Shown here in pieces: positions 24,246 through 33,256 of a stretch of DNA of 64,000 nucleotides. The position numbers and the translations under genes are program-made. The DNA comes from Phaeosaccion multiseriatum (taxonomy: Eukaryota; Protista; Ochrophyta, other classes), in assembly GCA_965112735.1 (NCBI GenBank), contig OZ218958.1, forward strand, positions 3,038,001 through 3,102,000, in the 5' to 3' direction. Each line of letters opens with the position of its first letter. Positions within the stretch are counted from its first letter, which is position 1. Below the pieces are notes generated by a model. It did not search any database, was not told where the DNA came from, and worked only from the letters and a program-made list of their open reading frames with translations.

Positions 24246-26899
24246 TTAAAAAAAAAAAGGTGGAATACCTGAATCCCCTCGGGTCGATCTGCAGGCAGAG
24301 GGAACCCCACCCCCACCTTAAGCTTCTTCAGCCCAGCAGGTAGGCTCGAGAGAGGGCAGGAGTACCGATAACTCAGTGTAAGAGCCCGCAGAGAGGGAGG
24401 GAGGTCCAGGGGGAGGTTAAAGTCAGCCCCCATTTCCACCTCCTCTACACCATTGGGAAGGACCACATGCTGATTGAATCCACCTCCAAAAGTGACCTTC
24501 TTCAGCGAGGAAGGGAGAACGATTGGCCTGTTGAACAATGAGTCATGTTCAAACCTCAGCTCCTCCAGAGAGCTTGGTAGCACCAAATCAGCCTGATCGA
24601 AGCATTCTCCAAAAATGACCTTCTTCAGCGAGGAAGGGAGAACGATTGGCCTGTTGAACAATGAGAACACTGCAAACTTCACCTCCTCCAGAGAGCTTCG
24701 TAGCACCAAATCAGCCTGATTGAAGTCTTCTCCAAAAGTGACCTTCTTCAGCGAGGAAGGGAGAACGATTGGCCTGTTGAACACTGAGCGGCTTGAAAAC
24801 TCCACCTCCTCCAGAGAGCTTGGTAGCACCAAATCAGCCTGATTGAAGTGATCTCCAAAATTCACCTTCTTCAGCGAGGAAGGGAGAACGATTGGCCTGT
24901 TGAACAATGAGTTATGTTCAAACTTCAGCTCCTCCAGAGAGCTTGGTAGCACCAAATCAGCCTGATCGAAGTGTTCTCCGAAAGTGACCTTCTTCAGCGA
25001 GGAAGGGAGATCGATTGGCCTGTTGAACTTTGAGATCCATGTAAACTCCAGCTCCTCCAGAGAGCTTGGTAGCACCAAATCAGCCTGATCGAAGTCTTCT
25101 CCAAAAGCGACCTTCTTCAGCGAGGGGGGGAGAACGACTGGCCTGTTGAACTTTGAGTTGTATGAAAACTCCAACTCCTCCAGAGAGCTTGGTAGTACCA
25201 AACCAGCCTGATTGAAGTGTTCTCCAAAATTCACCTTCTTCAGCGAGGAAGGGAGAACGATTGGCCTGTTGAACTCTGAGATTTTTGAAAACTCCAGCAC
25301 CTCCAGAGAGCTTGGCAACACCAAATCAGCCTGATTGAAGTGTTGTCCAAAAGTGACCTTCTTCAGCGAGGAAGGGAGCACGATTGGCCTGTTGAACCTT
25401 GAGTACTCCTCAAACACCAGCTCCTCCAGAGAGCTTGGTAGCACCAAAACAGCCTGATCGAAGTCTCTTCCAAAAGTGACCTTCTTCAGCGAGGAAGGGA
25501 GCACGATTGGCCTGTTGAACACAGAGATAGCTGAAAACTCCAGCTCCTCCAGAGAGCTTGGTAGCACCAAATCAGCCTGATCGAAGCGAATTCCAAAAGT
25601 AACCTTCTTCAGCGAGGAAGGGAGAACGATTGGCCTGTTGAACTTTGAGCCCCCTGAAAACTCCAGCTCCTCCAGAGAGCTTGGTATAACCAAATCAGCC
25701 TGATCGAAGAGGAATCCAAAAGTGACCTTCTTCAGTGAGGAAGGGAGAACGATAGGCCTGTTGAAAGCAGACCGATCTGGAAACTCCAACTCCTCCAGAG
25801 AGCTTGGTAGCACCAAATCAGCCTGATCGAAGTTCTTTCCAAAAGTGACCTTCTTCAGCGAGGAAGGGAGAACGATTGGCCTGTTGAAGCTTGCGTACTC
25901 TGAAAACTTCAGCTCCTCCAGACAGCTTGATAGCAACAAATCAGCCTGATTGAAGTGCCAGCCAAAAGTGACCTTCTTCAGCGAGGAAGGGAGCACGATT
26001 GGCCTGTTGAACCTTGAGTACTCTGAAAACTTCAGCTCCTCCAGAGAGCTTGGTAGCACCAAATCAGCTTGATCGAAGGATTCTCCAAAAGTGACCTTCT
26101 TCAGCGAGGAAGGGAGAACGATTGGCCTGTTGAACTTTGAGATCCATGTAAACTCCAGCTCCTCCAGAGAGCTTGGTAGCACCAAATCAGCCTGATTGAA
26201 GTGTTCTCCAAAATTCACCTTCTTCAGCGAGGAAGGGAGAACGATTGGCCTGTTGAACCTTGAGTCCCGTGCAAACTCCACCTCCTCCACGGCGCTCGGT
26301 ACAACAACGCGGCACGCATCGAAGAACTCCGAAAACCCCACACGCTTGACCAAGAGTGGCAGCAGTGCCAACACTTTGAGAGCAAGAGCCCCATCAGCAG
26401 GAGTCAGCTCGTCAGCGTCTTCACGCTGGATGCCGAGGCGCACCGCCTTGACGCGAAAGGAGCCCGCCATACCATGGTCCGGCTGCCTCGCCGTAATCCA
26501 ACCCGACCTTCGAAGCCCTTCCACGGCATGTCTTCCCCGCATGGAGGCGGGAGGAGGAGAGGAAGCCGCAGCAAGGCGTTGAGTCTCCTCGCGCTCCCGC
26601 TGCTGCTGCTGCTTCAGCATACTCAGCACACGCGACTGGACAGCTTGGGGCATGTCGGCGTTGATCACCAAAGCGCGGGAGGTTAACTTGTCGACCTCCT
26701 TGCATACGCCCCACAGAGCCTTGTTTGAAACGCCAACACGGCCAGCAACCACCCTCAATGCCGCCGGCCCGCTGCTGCTGAGACAGGTGCGCTCTGGCAA
26801 GTTCCCCCCCGCTCCATCGGTCTTTTGATGACTTTGACTTTCTTCCATCACGCCGTCCCCCTCCTTCGTTTCACCTCCCTTCGACGTGGTGCCCCCCAT
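24246..26899 (-). CDS. FNIP-repeat protein A: intronless, 15 x 41-aa units plus C-terminal cap, N-terminal MGGTTSK
   Basis: Alternating FNRPIVLPSSLKKVTFGxx and F(N/D)QADLVLPSSLEELxFxxxSx, which is FNIP/LRR-like; DNA period 123 bp (ggcctgttgaa at 24525 and 24648). As sequenced the ORF reads through to 23948, but paralogues stop just after the EGxQV cap. One extra base in the A11 run at 24248-24258 would give TAA at about 24246. Confidence 0.9.
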
Positions 26900-27096
26900 T
26901 GTACTCTCCCTCCTTCCCCCTTCCCAGCGTCACTGCGATACTTCACTGTGTGGTTGGGTGGTGTAGACCGACTGATCGGGATCGGGAATTGGGGGGGAAA
27001 GGCAAAGACTTGGGAAAGGCCGACCTGACCTGACTTGACGTGTTGGTGAAACTGAAAGTGTGAAAGTGTAATTTCTGCTCCTCTTACGATTCCAGC
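26900..27096. promoter_or_regulatory. Putative bidirectional promoter of the FNIP/ankyrin pair (equivalents at 54922-55184 and 62113-62331)
   Basis: 197, 263 and 219 bp between divergent starts; conserved blocks ccagcgtcactg, agaccgactgatcggga and cttacgattcca(g/a)cATG in all three. Confidence 0.6.
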
Positions 27097-28548
27097 ATGG
27101 AGGACATACATGCAAGTATCGCAGCAGTGAGCAGGAAGGAGGAGGCAGTTGAGCAGGCGTTGAGCGCGCACGGCAGCTACCTGGGTCTGAGTTTGGGAGG
27201 AACAGCATCACCAGCGGATGGCGAGAGGGAGGGGGTGAGGAAGGAGCTGCTGATGCACCTCCAAGCTTTGAGAGAGGAGAAGAAGCAGCTGAGAGAGGAG
27301 AAGGCTCACGAGAGGGACGACAAGGCGAAAGAGAAGGCTCACGAGAGGGACGATAAGGCACACGAGATGGAGAAGGAGGCAAAGTTATTGGACGAGAGGA
27401 CAAAAGAGAGGGCCCTGGAGAGAGAGAAGGAACTGATCCTCCTCCGCCTCGAAGTACAACCCTCAGCAGCGCCCAGAAGCCGCGCCCCCCACAATCCGGA
27501 CGCTGAGGTAGAGGAGGGGAAGGCAGGGAGAGACAGGAAGGGGGGCAGAAAGCGGCGACGTTCGACCTCCGGAAGAAAGGGTGGAGATGGCGGACGTGCT
27601 GCCTCTCATCGACTTCCCCTTCCTGGCTCGGGCGCCTGTGCCAGCGCCTTTGGTATGGAGGGGGTGTATGGAAAGGTGATGGAGCTCGTGGGAAAGGGGG
27701 AGTACGCTTTTGTGGCGACGGTGTGCAAGGAGTGGAGGGGGTACTACATTGTGGAACACGCAGCCACGACGAGCCAAGCAAGTGTAGTTGCCTCCATCGA
27801 GCGTGTGTACTGGGCCAGGAGGCACGGCTACGAGCTTACCGTCGAAACGTTCAGGGCCGCGGCTCAGTATGGAGATGTGAGCATGTGCAAGGCCCTCCAT
27901 CACATGGGCTGTCCCTGGGATGAGGAGGTGTGCGAATCGGCATCGAGAAACGAACGGCACAGCGTGCGTGTGCTCAAGTGGCTGCGCTCAGAGGACTCGG
28001 CTGACGCTAAGGAGGGGAAATGCCCGTGGAATGTGGAGGTCTGCCGTGGTGCTGCGCGGAGGGGGGACTTGCAGCTGCTGGAGTGGCTTCTGTCGGATGA
28101 CGTGAACGCCCCCTTTGATGAGTATATTTGGCTCTGTGCTATTCATTATGGGCACATCTCTGCGCTGGCATGGCTGCTGAACAGTCCCAAGGTCAGGGCT
28201 GAGCTGGAGGGAGCGGAGGTTGGCAGTTCGTGGAGGAGTGGAGCTAGTTCTGCTGCGTCTGAAAGTCAACTGGACACTTTGCGGTGGCTGCACGCCAATG
28301 CGAGTGAGCTTTGTGATTGGACCTTTAGAGTATGCCAATGTGCGGTTGAATTCAGCAAGAGTCTAGAAATGCTGCAGTGGCTCCGCTCTGAAGAGGTGGG
28401 CTGTCCGTGGGACAAGCATGCGTGTCCAGAGTTCATCAAGACAATGCACGGCACGCTTTGCCTTACTTGGGACATGGACGAGAACGTCTTTGAGGAGATT
28501 AAGCAGTGGGTGCATGCCAATGGGCACCCCTGCGACTGCGAGGACTGA
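27097..28548 (+). CDS. Coiled-coil + F-box-like + ankyrin-like (GCPW-type) repeat protein, copy 1 (483 aa), partner of FNIP A
   Basis: Intronless. N-terminal LQALREEKKQLREEK coiled coil, basic RKRRR patch, F-box-like VMELVGKGEYAFVATVCKEWR, then repeats GCPWDEEVC..A, KCPWNVEVC..AARRGDLQLLEWL, LEMLQWLRSEEVGCPWD, typical of the algal / giant-virus ankyrin-like family. Confidence 0.88.
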   Translation: MEDIHASIAAVSRKEEAVEQALSAHGSYLGLSLGGTASPADGEREGVRKELLMHLQALREEKKQLREEKAHERDDKAKEKAHERDDKAHEMEKEAKLLDERTKERALEREKELILLRLEVQPSAAPRSRAPHNPDAEVEEGKAGRDRKGGRKRRRSTSGRKGGDGGRAASHRLPLPGSGACASAFGMEGVYGKVMELVGKGEYAFVATVCKEWRGYYIVEHAATTSQASVVASIERVYWARRHGYELTVETFRAAAQYGDVSMCKALHHMGCPWDEEVCESASRNERHSVRVLKWLRSEDSADAKEGKCPWNVEVCRGAARRGDLQLLEWLLSDDVNAPFDEYIWLCAIHYGHISALAWLLNSPKVRAELEGAEVGSSWRSGASSAASESQLDTLRWLHANASELCDWTFRVCQCAVEFSKSLEMLQWLRSEEVGCPWDKHACPEFIKTMHGTLCLTWDMDENVFEEIKQWVHANGHPCDCED

Positions 28549-29386
28549 GGAGCCAGAAGCAGTGTATGTGTATGACCTCTCATGGTCGGAGAGCGAGGTG
28601 GAGGGGCGCAGCGGCGGACGATCAATGCGGGGCTGTTGGTGCTGTGTTTGCATGTCCGTACACAGCGCCAAATCGACTTCATTGTGGGGGAGAGGCGTGC
28701 ATGGAGCTCTTGCAGCGGAAAGCTCGGGAGGGCACCACTCATTGTAAGGGAGCGGCTGGGACACCTCACAGAGAGCATGGACAGGCCCTTTCACGCCCCG
28801 AAGGGCGGCAGAGCGGAACCGCCCTCGACTGTTGGACGTGGTGCGGTCGTTGGACCAGCGTTTCCTCCCCGCCTTGTACCTCGGCCTCAGGAACACCAAA
28901 GTGTCCAAGGACCTCGATGCGCCGACAACCGTGGCGTGCAGGGGAGGCAGGCCGGGCAGGGGTCAGGCTTGCAGATGAAGCCTCCGAGGCGCTCTGGGCA
29001 GCGTGTAGGGGCACAGCGGCGGATGGTGAGGTCAGTAGGCTGGGGCAGAGGCAGAAGTAGCTCACTACGCGGATGCCCACGCTGCAACTGCTGCTGGGAG
29101 GGGTGGACACTTCGGAGGGGGTAGAACGAAGACCAATGCCCAAGTTACCATCAGTCACCCCTTGTCTTCGGTGCGTAGAAGGAGGAGGAGGGCGAGCAGG
29201 TAAAGGAGGGGGAATGAGAGCGAGCAGAGCTTGGTGTGTGTGTGTGTGTGTGCGTTGGGGGGGGGCGGGGTTGGAAGGAGTTGAGTAGGATCGGAGGGCG
29301 TGAACATGCTGGCCCTCCCTCCAGCTCCAGCTGCCGCCAGCTCACTCACTTCCTCACTCCCTCACTCCCCCCCCTGACCTTCTCAG

Positions 29387-29492
29387 GTGGCAGGAAGACG
29401 CCACCAAGCCCAACCGGCTGCGCGCCGAGATCAGGCCGACGCAGGCAGGGGCGGACAAGACGCTCGCGGGACTCGAGCGGATCGAGAAGAAG
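29387..29492 (+). pseudogene. Orphan exon of an unidentified host gene (WQEDATKPNRLRAEIRPTQAGADKTLAGLERIEKK)
   Basis: Pyrimidine tract + CAG acceptor upstream, AG|GTGCGT donor downstream, GC3-rich codons; no start or linked exons in this copy. Confidence 0.5.
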
Positions 29493-29502
29493 GTGCGTGC
29501 GC

Positions 29503-29541
<39 letters not shown>

Positions 29542-30249
29542 TACCCTTCTCTCTTGACGGCCATCGATGGTCGATGTTCTTCTGGTTTGCTCTCTGTTGC
29601 TGCACTCCTGTCCTCGCCTATCCTCTGCCGTCCCCTCCCCCCCGCTAACCTCCTCTCCTCTCTTCTTCTCTCGTTTCACCTCCTCTCCCGTCCTGTTCTC
29701 TCCTATCCTCTTCTCACCTGTCCTCTCCTCTCATATCCTCGCTCCCCTCCCATCCCGTCCTACTCTCTCCTCTCCCCTCCTCTCCCGTCCTGTCCTGTCC
29801 TCTTCTCTTCTCTTCTCTTCTCTTCTTTCCGACCCTCTCCCCTCTCCTCCTCTCCTCCTCCTCTCCTCTCCTCCCCAGTCCTCTCGTCTTAAGTGTGTTA
29901 GGTGTGCGGGCTGAGAGGGGCGTGTAGTCGACGAGGTCTTGTGGACAGACTCTGACTCCAAAGCGACAGCAACAGCAACCACAGCTTCAGCAACAGGAAC
30001 ATAGGAACTGCAGCAGGGCCCACGGGAATTTTTTCGAAAGCGGTGAGGGCAAGCCCTTCGTTGGACTTGACGGTTTGGGGCGCACGGTTTGCCCCCCTCT
30101 GGTCGGTCGACTGGAGTGGCAGAAAGAGAAGCAGATACGTTCGATTCTACCCCGCAGCCGTCGTGCAGCCGTCGGTCCACCACCGTGGGCCGAGAGAGAG
30201 GGGGGCGGTTGGCCTTTGGTCGAGGGGAGGGTGAGGAAATGACTTTAGA

Positions 30250-31149
30250 TTAGTGACGGTGTACCTGAAGCCCCTCGGGTAGATCTGCAGGCAGCGGGTA
30301 CCCCACCCCTACCGTAAGCTTCTTCAGCCCAGCAGGTAGGCTCTCCAGAGGGCAGGAGTATTGAGGGCTCAGCACAAGGGTCCGCAGAGAGGGAGGCAGC
30401 TCCAGGGGGAGGTTAAAGGTATATCCCATTTCCACGTCTTGTACACCACACGGAAGGATCAACTCTTGATGAAAACAGTCTCCAAACGTGACCTTCTTCA
30501 GTGATGAAGGAAGAACGATTGGGCTGTTGAATGCAAACCCCAAATCCACTTCGTCCAGAGAGCTTGGTAACACCAAATCAGCCTGATTGAAAGTGTCTGG
30601 CAGTTCCACCCGCTTGACGGAGGAGGGTAATAGTGCCAGCACTTTCGCTGCGAGAGAATTGTCTTCCAGACGCATCGGACGAGCTCTGCCCACGCGCAAA
30701 GTGGTGACACGAAACAAGGCCTTGTGCGCATCACCCCTCAGCCGCGGAAATATGTTGAATGGGAGAAGCAGAACCCGGAATAGAAAGGAGAATCTTTGTC
30801 GCAGCTGGTTGTGGTGCTGATCCTCCTCTTGCTCCTCCCCCTGCTGCTGTCTCAGCATGTTGAGGAGACGTTGCTGGGCATCACGCGGCATGGTGGCGGT
30901 GATGACCAGAGCGCGTGAGGTGCTCTCGTCAACCGCTCTGTGTACGCCCCACAGGTCCTCGCTCGAAATCTCTCGCGCCACGGTGGTCAAAACGCCTACT
31001 CCAACTCTGCTGCTGTCTGAGACAGCAGCAGCGGCTGCACCTGCAGCAGCATCAGCGGCAGCAGCATCAGGGTCTCCGACCGGCAACGCACAGTCCATTC
31101 TCTTTCTCCCAACCCTCATCCCCGCCCGTTTGGCAATATTACCCTTCAT
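30250..31149 (-). CDS. Short, diverged FNIP-family paralogue D (299 aa; about one repeat unit plus cap)
   Basis: Shares the N-terminal LWGV..VD.STSRALVI.A.MP motif and C-terminal FNLPLELPPSLRTL.LSPQYSCPLESLPAGLKKL with A/B/C; ATG to TAA intact. Confidence 0.75.
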   Translation of the reverse strand: MKGNIAKRAGMRVGRKRMDCALPVGDPDAAAADAAAGAAAAAVSDSSRVGVGVLTTVAREISSEDLWGVHRAVDESTSRALVITATMPRDAQQRLLNMLRQQQGEEQEEDQHHNQLRQRFSFLFRVLLLPFNIFPRLRGDAHKALFRVTTLRVGRARPMRLEDNSLAAKVLALLPSSVKRVELPDTFNQADLVLPSSLDEVDLGFAFNSPIVLPSSLKKVTFGDCFHQELILPCGVQDVEMGYTFNLPLELPPSLRTLVLSPQYSCPLESLPAGLKKLTVGVGYPLPADLPEGLQVHRH

Positions 31150-31494
31150 AATCTACCTCCTTCTCCGAATCCTCTACACCCCGTTGTGTAGGCAAGAAGT
31201 GGTTGTGCAGCGCAGGGGCGTAGCTCTGAAGGCCGTGAACAAAGCTACTGTTGCTGTCCACGCCCCTCGAGCCTCTCTTTGCGCAGGCCAATCGCAGTGC
31301 TCTCGCCGCTGCTCATTTCTCCAGTACAGAGAAGCATACAGTGGATGTCTGGCCTCCTGCTGTAAGAGCGAAGCGTCCTCCCTGGAGTTAAAGCTCCCCT
31401 CCCTGTCCAATTGTGTCCTGAACCCTTTTTACATAAAAAGGCAACTTTCCCCCGGGGGGTAGAGCTTCCGCTTTGAGACGGAGAGGTAAAGCTC

Positions 31495-31860
31495 TTGAGC
31501 TCTGCGTTCCATGAGAACTCCAGTTCTTCCAGAGAGCATGGTAGCACCAAACCAGCCTGATCGAGTGGATCGACCCCTGACGCGCTATCTGCTATTCGAT
31601 GCTATCTGCTATCGCCGGCGCCAGCCGGCAGGTTATTTCTCTACCGCCGGCGCCAGCCTGCGTGCTATCGAGAATGCGTCGATAGCACGTCAGGGGTCGA
31701 GAAGTGTTCTCCAAAAGTGACCTTCTTCGGGGAGGAAGGGGGGGCGATTGGGCTGTTGAATATGTTCACCAAATCCACTTTCTCCAGAGCGCTTGGGAGT
31801 CGGTTGGTTGAAAGTGTCAGGCAGCTTTAACCGCTTGACCGATGGGGTAAATAGTGCCAG
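31495..31860 (-). pseudogene. Degenerate FNIP gene fragment interrupted by a small TIR element
   Basis: 31701-31860 parallels 30478-30640 of paralogue D; 31495-31563 encodes QAGLVLPCSLEELEFSWNAE; the two parts are split by the insertion at 31574-31696. Confidence 0.75.
31574..31696. mobile_element. MITE-like insertion with about 16-bp TIRs flanked by TCGA
   Basis: Left TCGA-CCCCTGACGCGCTATC, right GATAGCACGTCAGGGG-TCGA (one mismatch); interrupts the conserved FNIP sequence cctgatcgaagtgttctcc. Confidence 0.7.
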
Positions 31861-31964
31861 GACCCCTGCTTGTCAGCGCATCCCCCTTCACCGGACACAA
31901 GCGCAAAGCCATCGTTCGGTCCTTCCTTGTGGTGTCGAGGAGGTGCGCATGGGGCGGGGGGCGG

Positions 31965-32114
31965 GTCTTTAACTTCGCCCTGGAGCTGCCCGCTTCTACC
32001 GAGTTATCAATATTCCTTCCATCTGGAGAGCCTACCTGGCTGCCGGCCCGAGGAAGTTCAGCGTTGGAAGAGGTTGTAGATCTGCCCGAGGAGCTTCAGC
32101 TGACATACGTATGA
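31965..32114 (+). pseudogene. Inverted relic of the FNIP C-terminal cap
   Basis: Translation FNFALELPAS...DLPEELQLTYV* resembles FNLPLELPPS...DLPEGLQVH of the intact paralogues, on the opposite strand. Confidence 0.55.
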
Positions 32115-32649
32115 TGATTTCTTCGGTCTCTTCTATGGTACCTTCGAACAGTTCTGCGATCGTTCATCAGGTCTGTCGGGTACTCATCATGTCCCTCCTA
32201 CGGCCTACGGGGGTAGGGGGTGCCTGCCCATGTTCCGAGTTCTATTTCACATTGACTCTAACGAGCGCATGAGAGCATGAGCGTTGGTTGTGAGGGGGGG
32301 GGGGGGCGCAGCAGCAAAGCAGCGCAAGCAATGGACCTGCTTGCGTCTGGTGCCTCATGGGCAGGAGAGGACAAGACAAGGGGGGAGGGGAGAAGGCCTC
32401 GGGAGTCGCTCACGAGGACGAGGGTCGACATCCGACTCTGGCCCCTGCTGCTGCTGTATCACCAACCGCTGGTGCTGCTGCTGCAATCGGACTGATGGGG
32501 CCATGGGTCCACACGGCCCCCGAGCTCTGTCTCAGGCTGACGAAGCACTGCCTCACCCCTGGAGAGGCGGCTGGCTGGACGCACGCCAGAGAGCGAATGC
32601 ACACTGAAACTGGAACCTCACGGCGGAGACGATCTCACCACTTTTTTAA

Positions 32650-32886
32650 CAGATTTGCGTAAGAATCGCCCATTATCGGGCGGCAGGGGGAGTGCTCTTG
32701 CAGAAATGCTGACAAGGAGGGAAGGGAAAAAGCGATGGAGACGAAAGACTATGGATCGATAGGCATCTCAAAGAGCTACACGAAGAGCTACAGCGCTTCT
32801 CCCACGACATTTTGCTGTGTGTGTACAAAAACTTTATTTAACTTAATTTCAGGCGATTTACACCCGATGCTTACGCAAATCGAGTG
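32650..32886. mobile_element. TTAA-flanked piggyBac-like MITE, degenerate copy (inverted relative to 59454-59706)
   Basis: TTAA-CAGATTTGCGTAAGAATCGCCC ... CGATGCTTACGCAAATCGAGTG-TTAC; the internal sequence is the reverse complement of the 59.5 kb copy (e.g. agtgctcttgcagaaatgctgacaag). Confidence 0.8.
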
Positions 32887-33256
32887 TTACAAAAAACAAT
32901 ACAAAAAATATACATCCCACGCACACCCGCCTCCTTTGAAGCTGCCCGAAACCATGCTGGTACTTTCTCTCGCTGCCCTGGCCTTTCCCCGCCCCTCCCA
33001 CTCCTTGGATTATGCAGAAGAAACCCAATCAAATCAAATCAAATCGGAGACTAGACGGGTCCAACTTGGCTGCCCCTGTGCGCCCCTCATTTGCTGTTCA
33101 TACTGTCGCCTAGAGACAGCGCTATACACCAACGGCTCTTCTTCCCCTCCCAGCAGCAGAAGTACAGTACTCGACGAGGCCCCGCCCATCCCTCCTCGCT
33201 TCACCAAGGCGCCTCCATCTCCGAGCACGAGAACTCCCACAGCCCCTCCCTGGTTT

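Noticed and set aside
24480-26290. CRISPR-like array (constant repeats with variable spacers)
   Set aside because: The period is an in-frame 123 bp inside an ORF, variable parts are only 6-15 bp, there are no cas genes, and the context is eukaryotic.
28506-29158. Overlapping ORFs downstream of the ankyrin genes conserved in two copies
   Set aside because: Conservation reflects recent duplication; stop positions differ between copies and no domain is recognisable.
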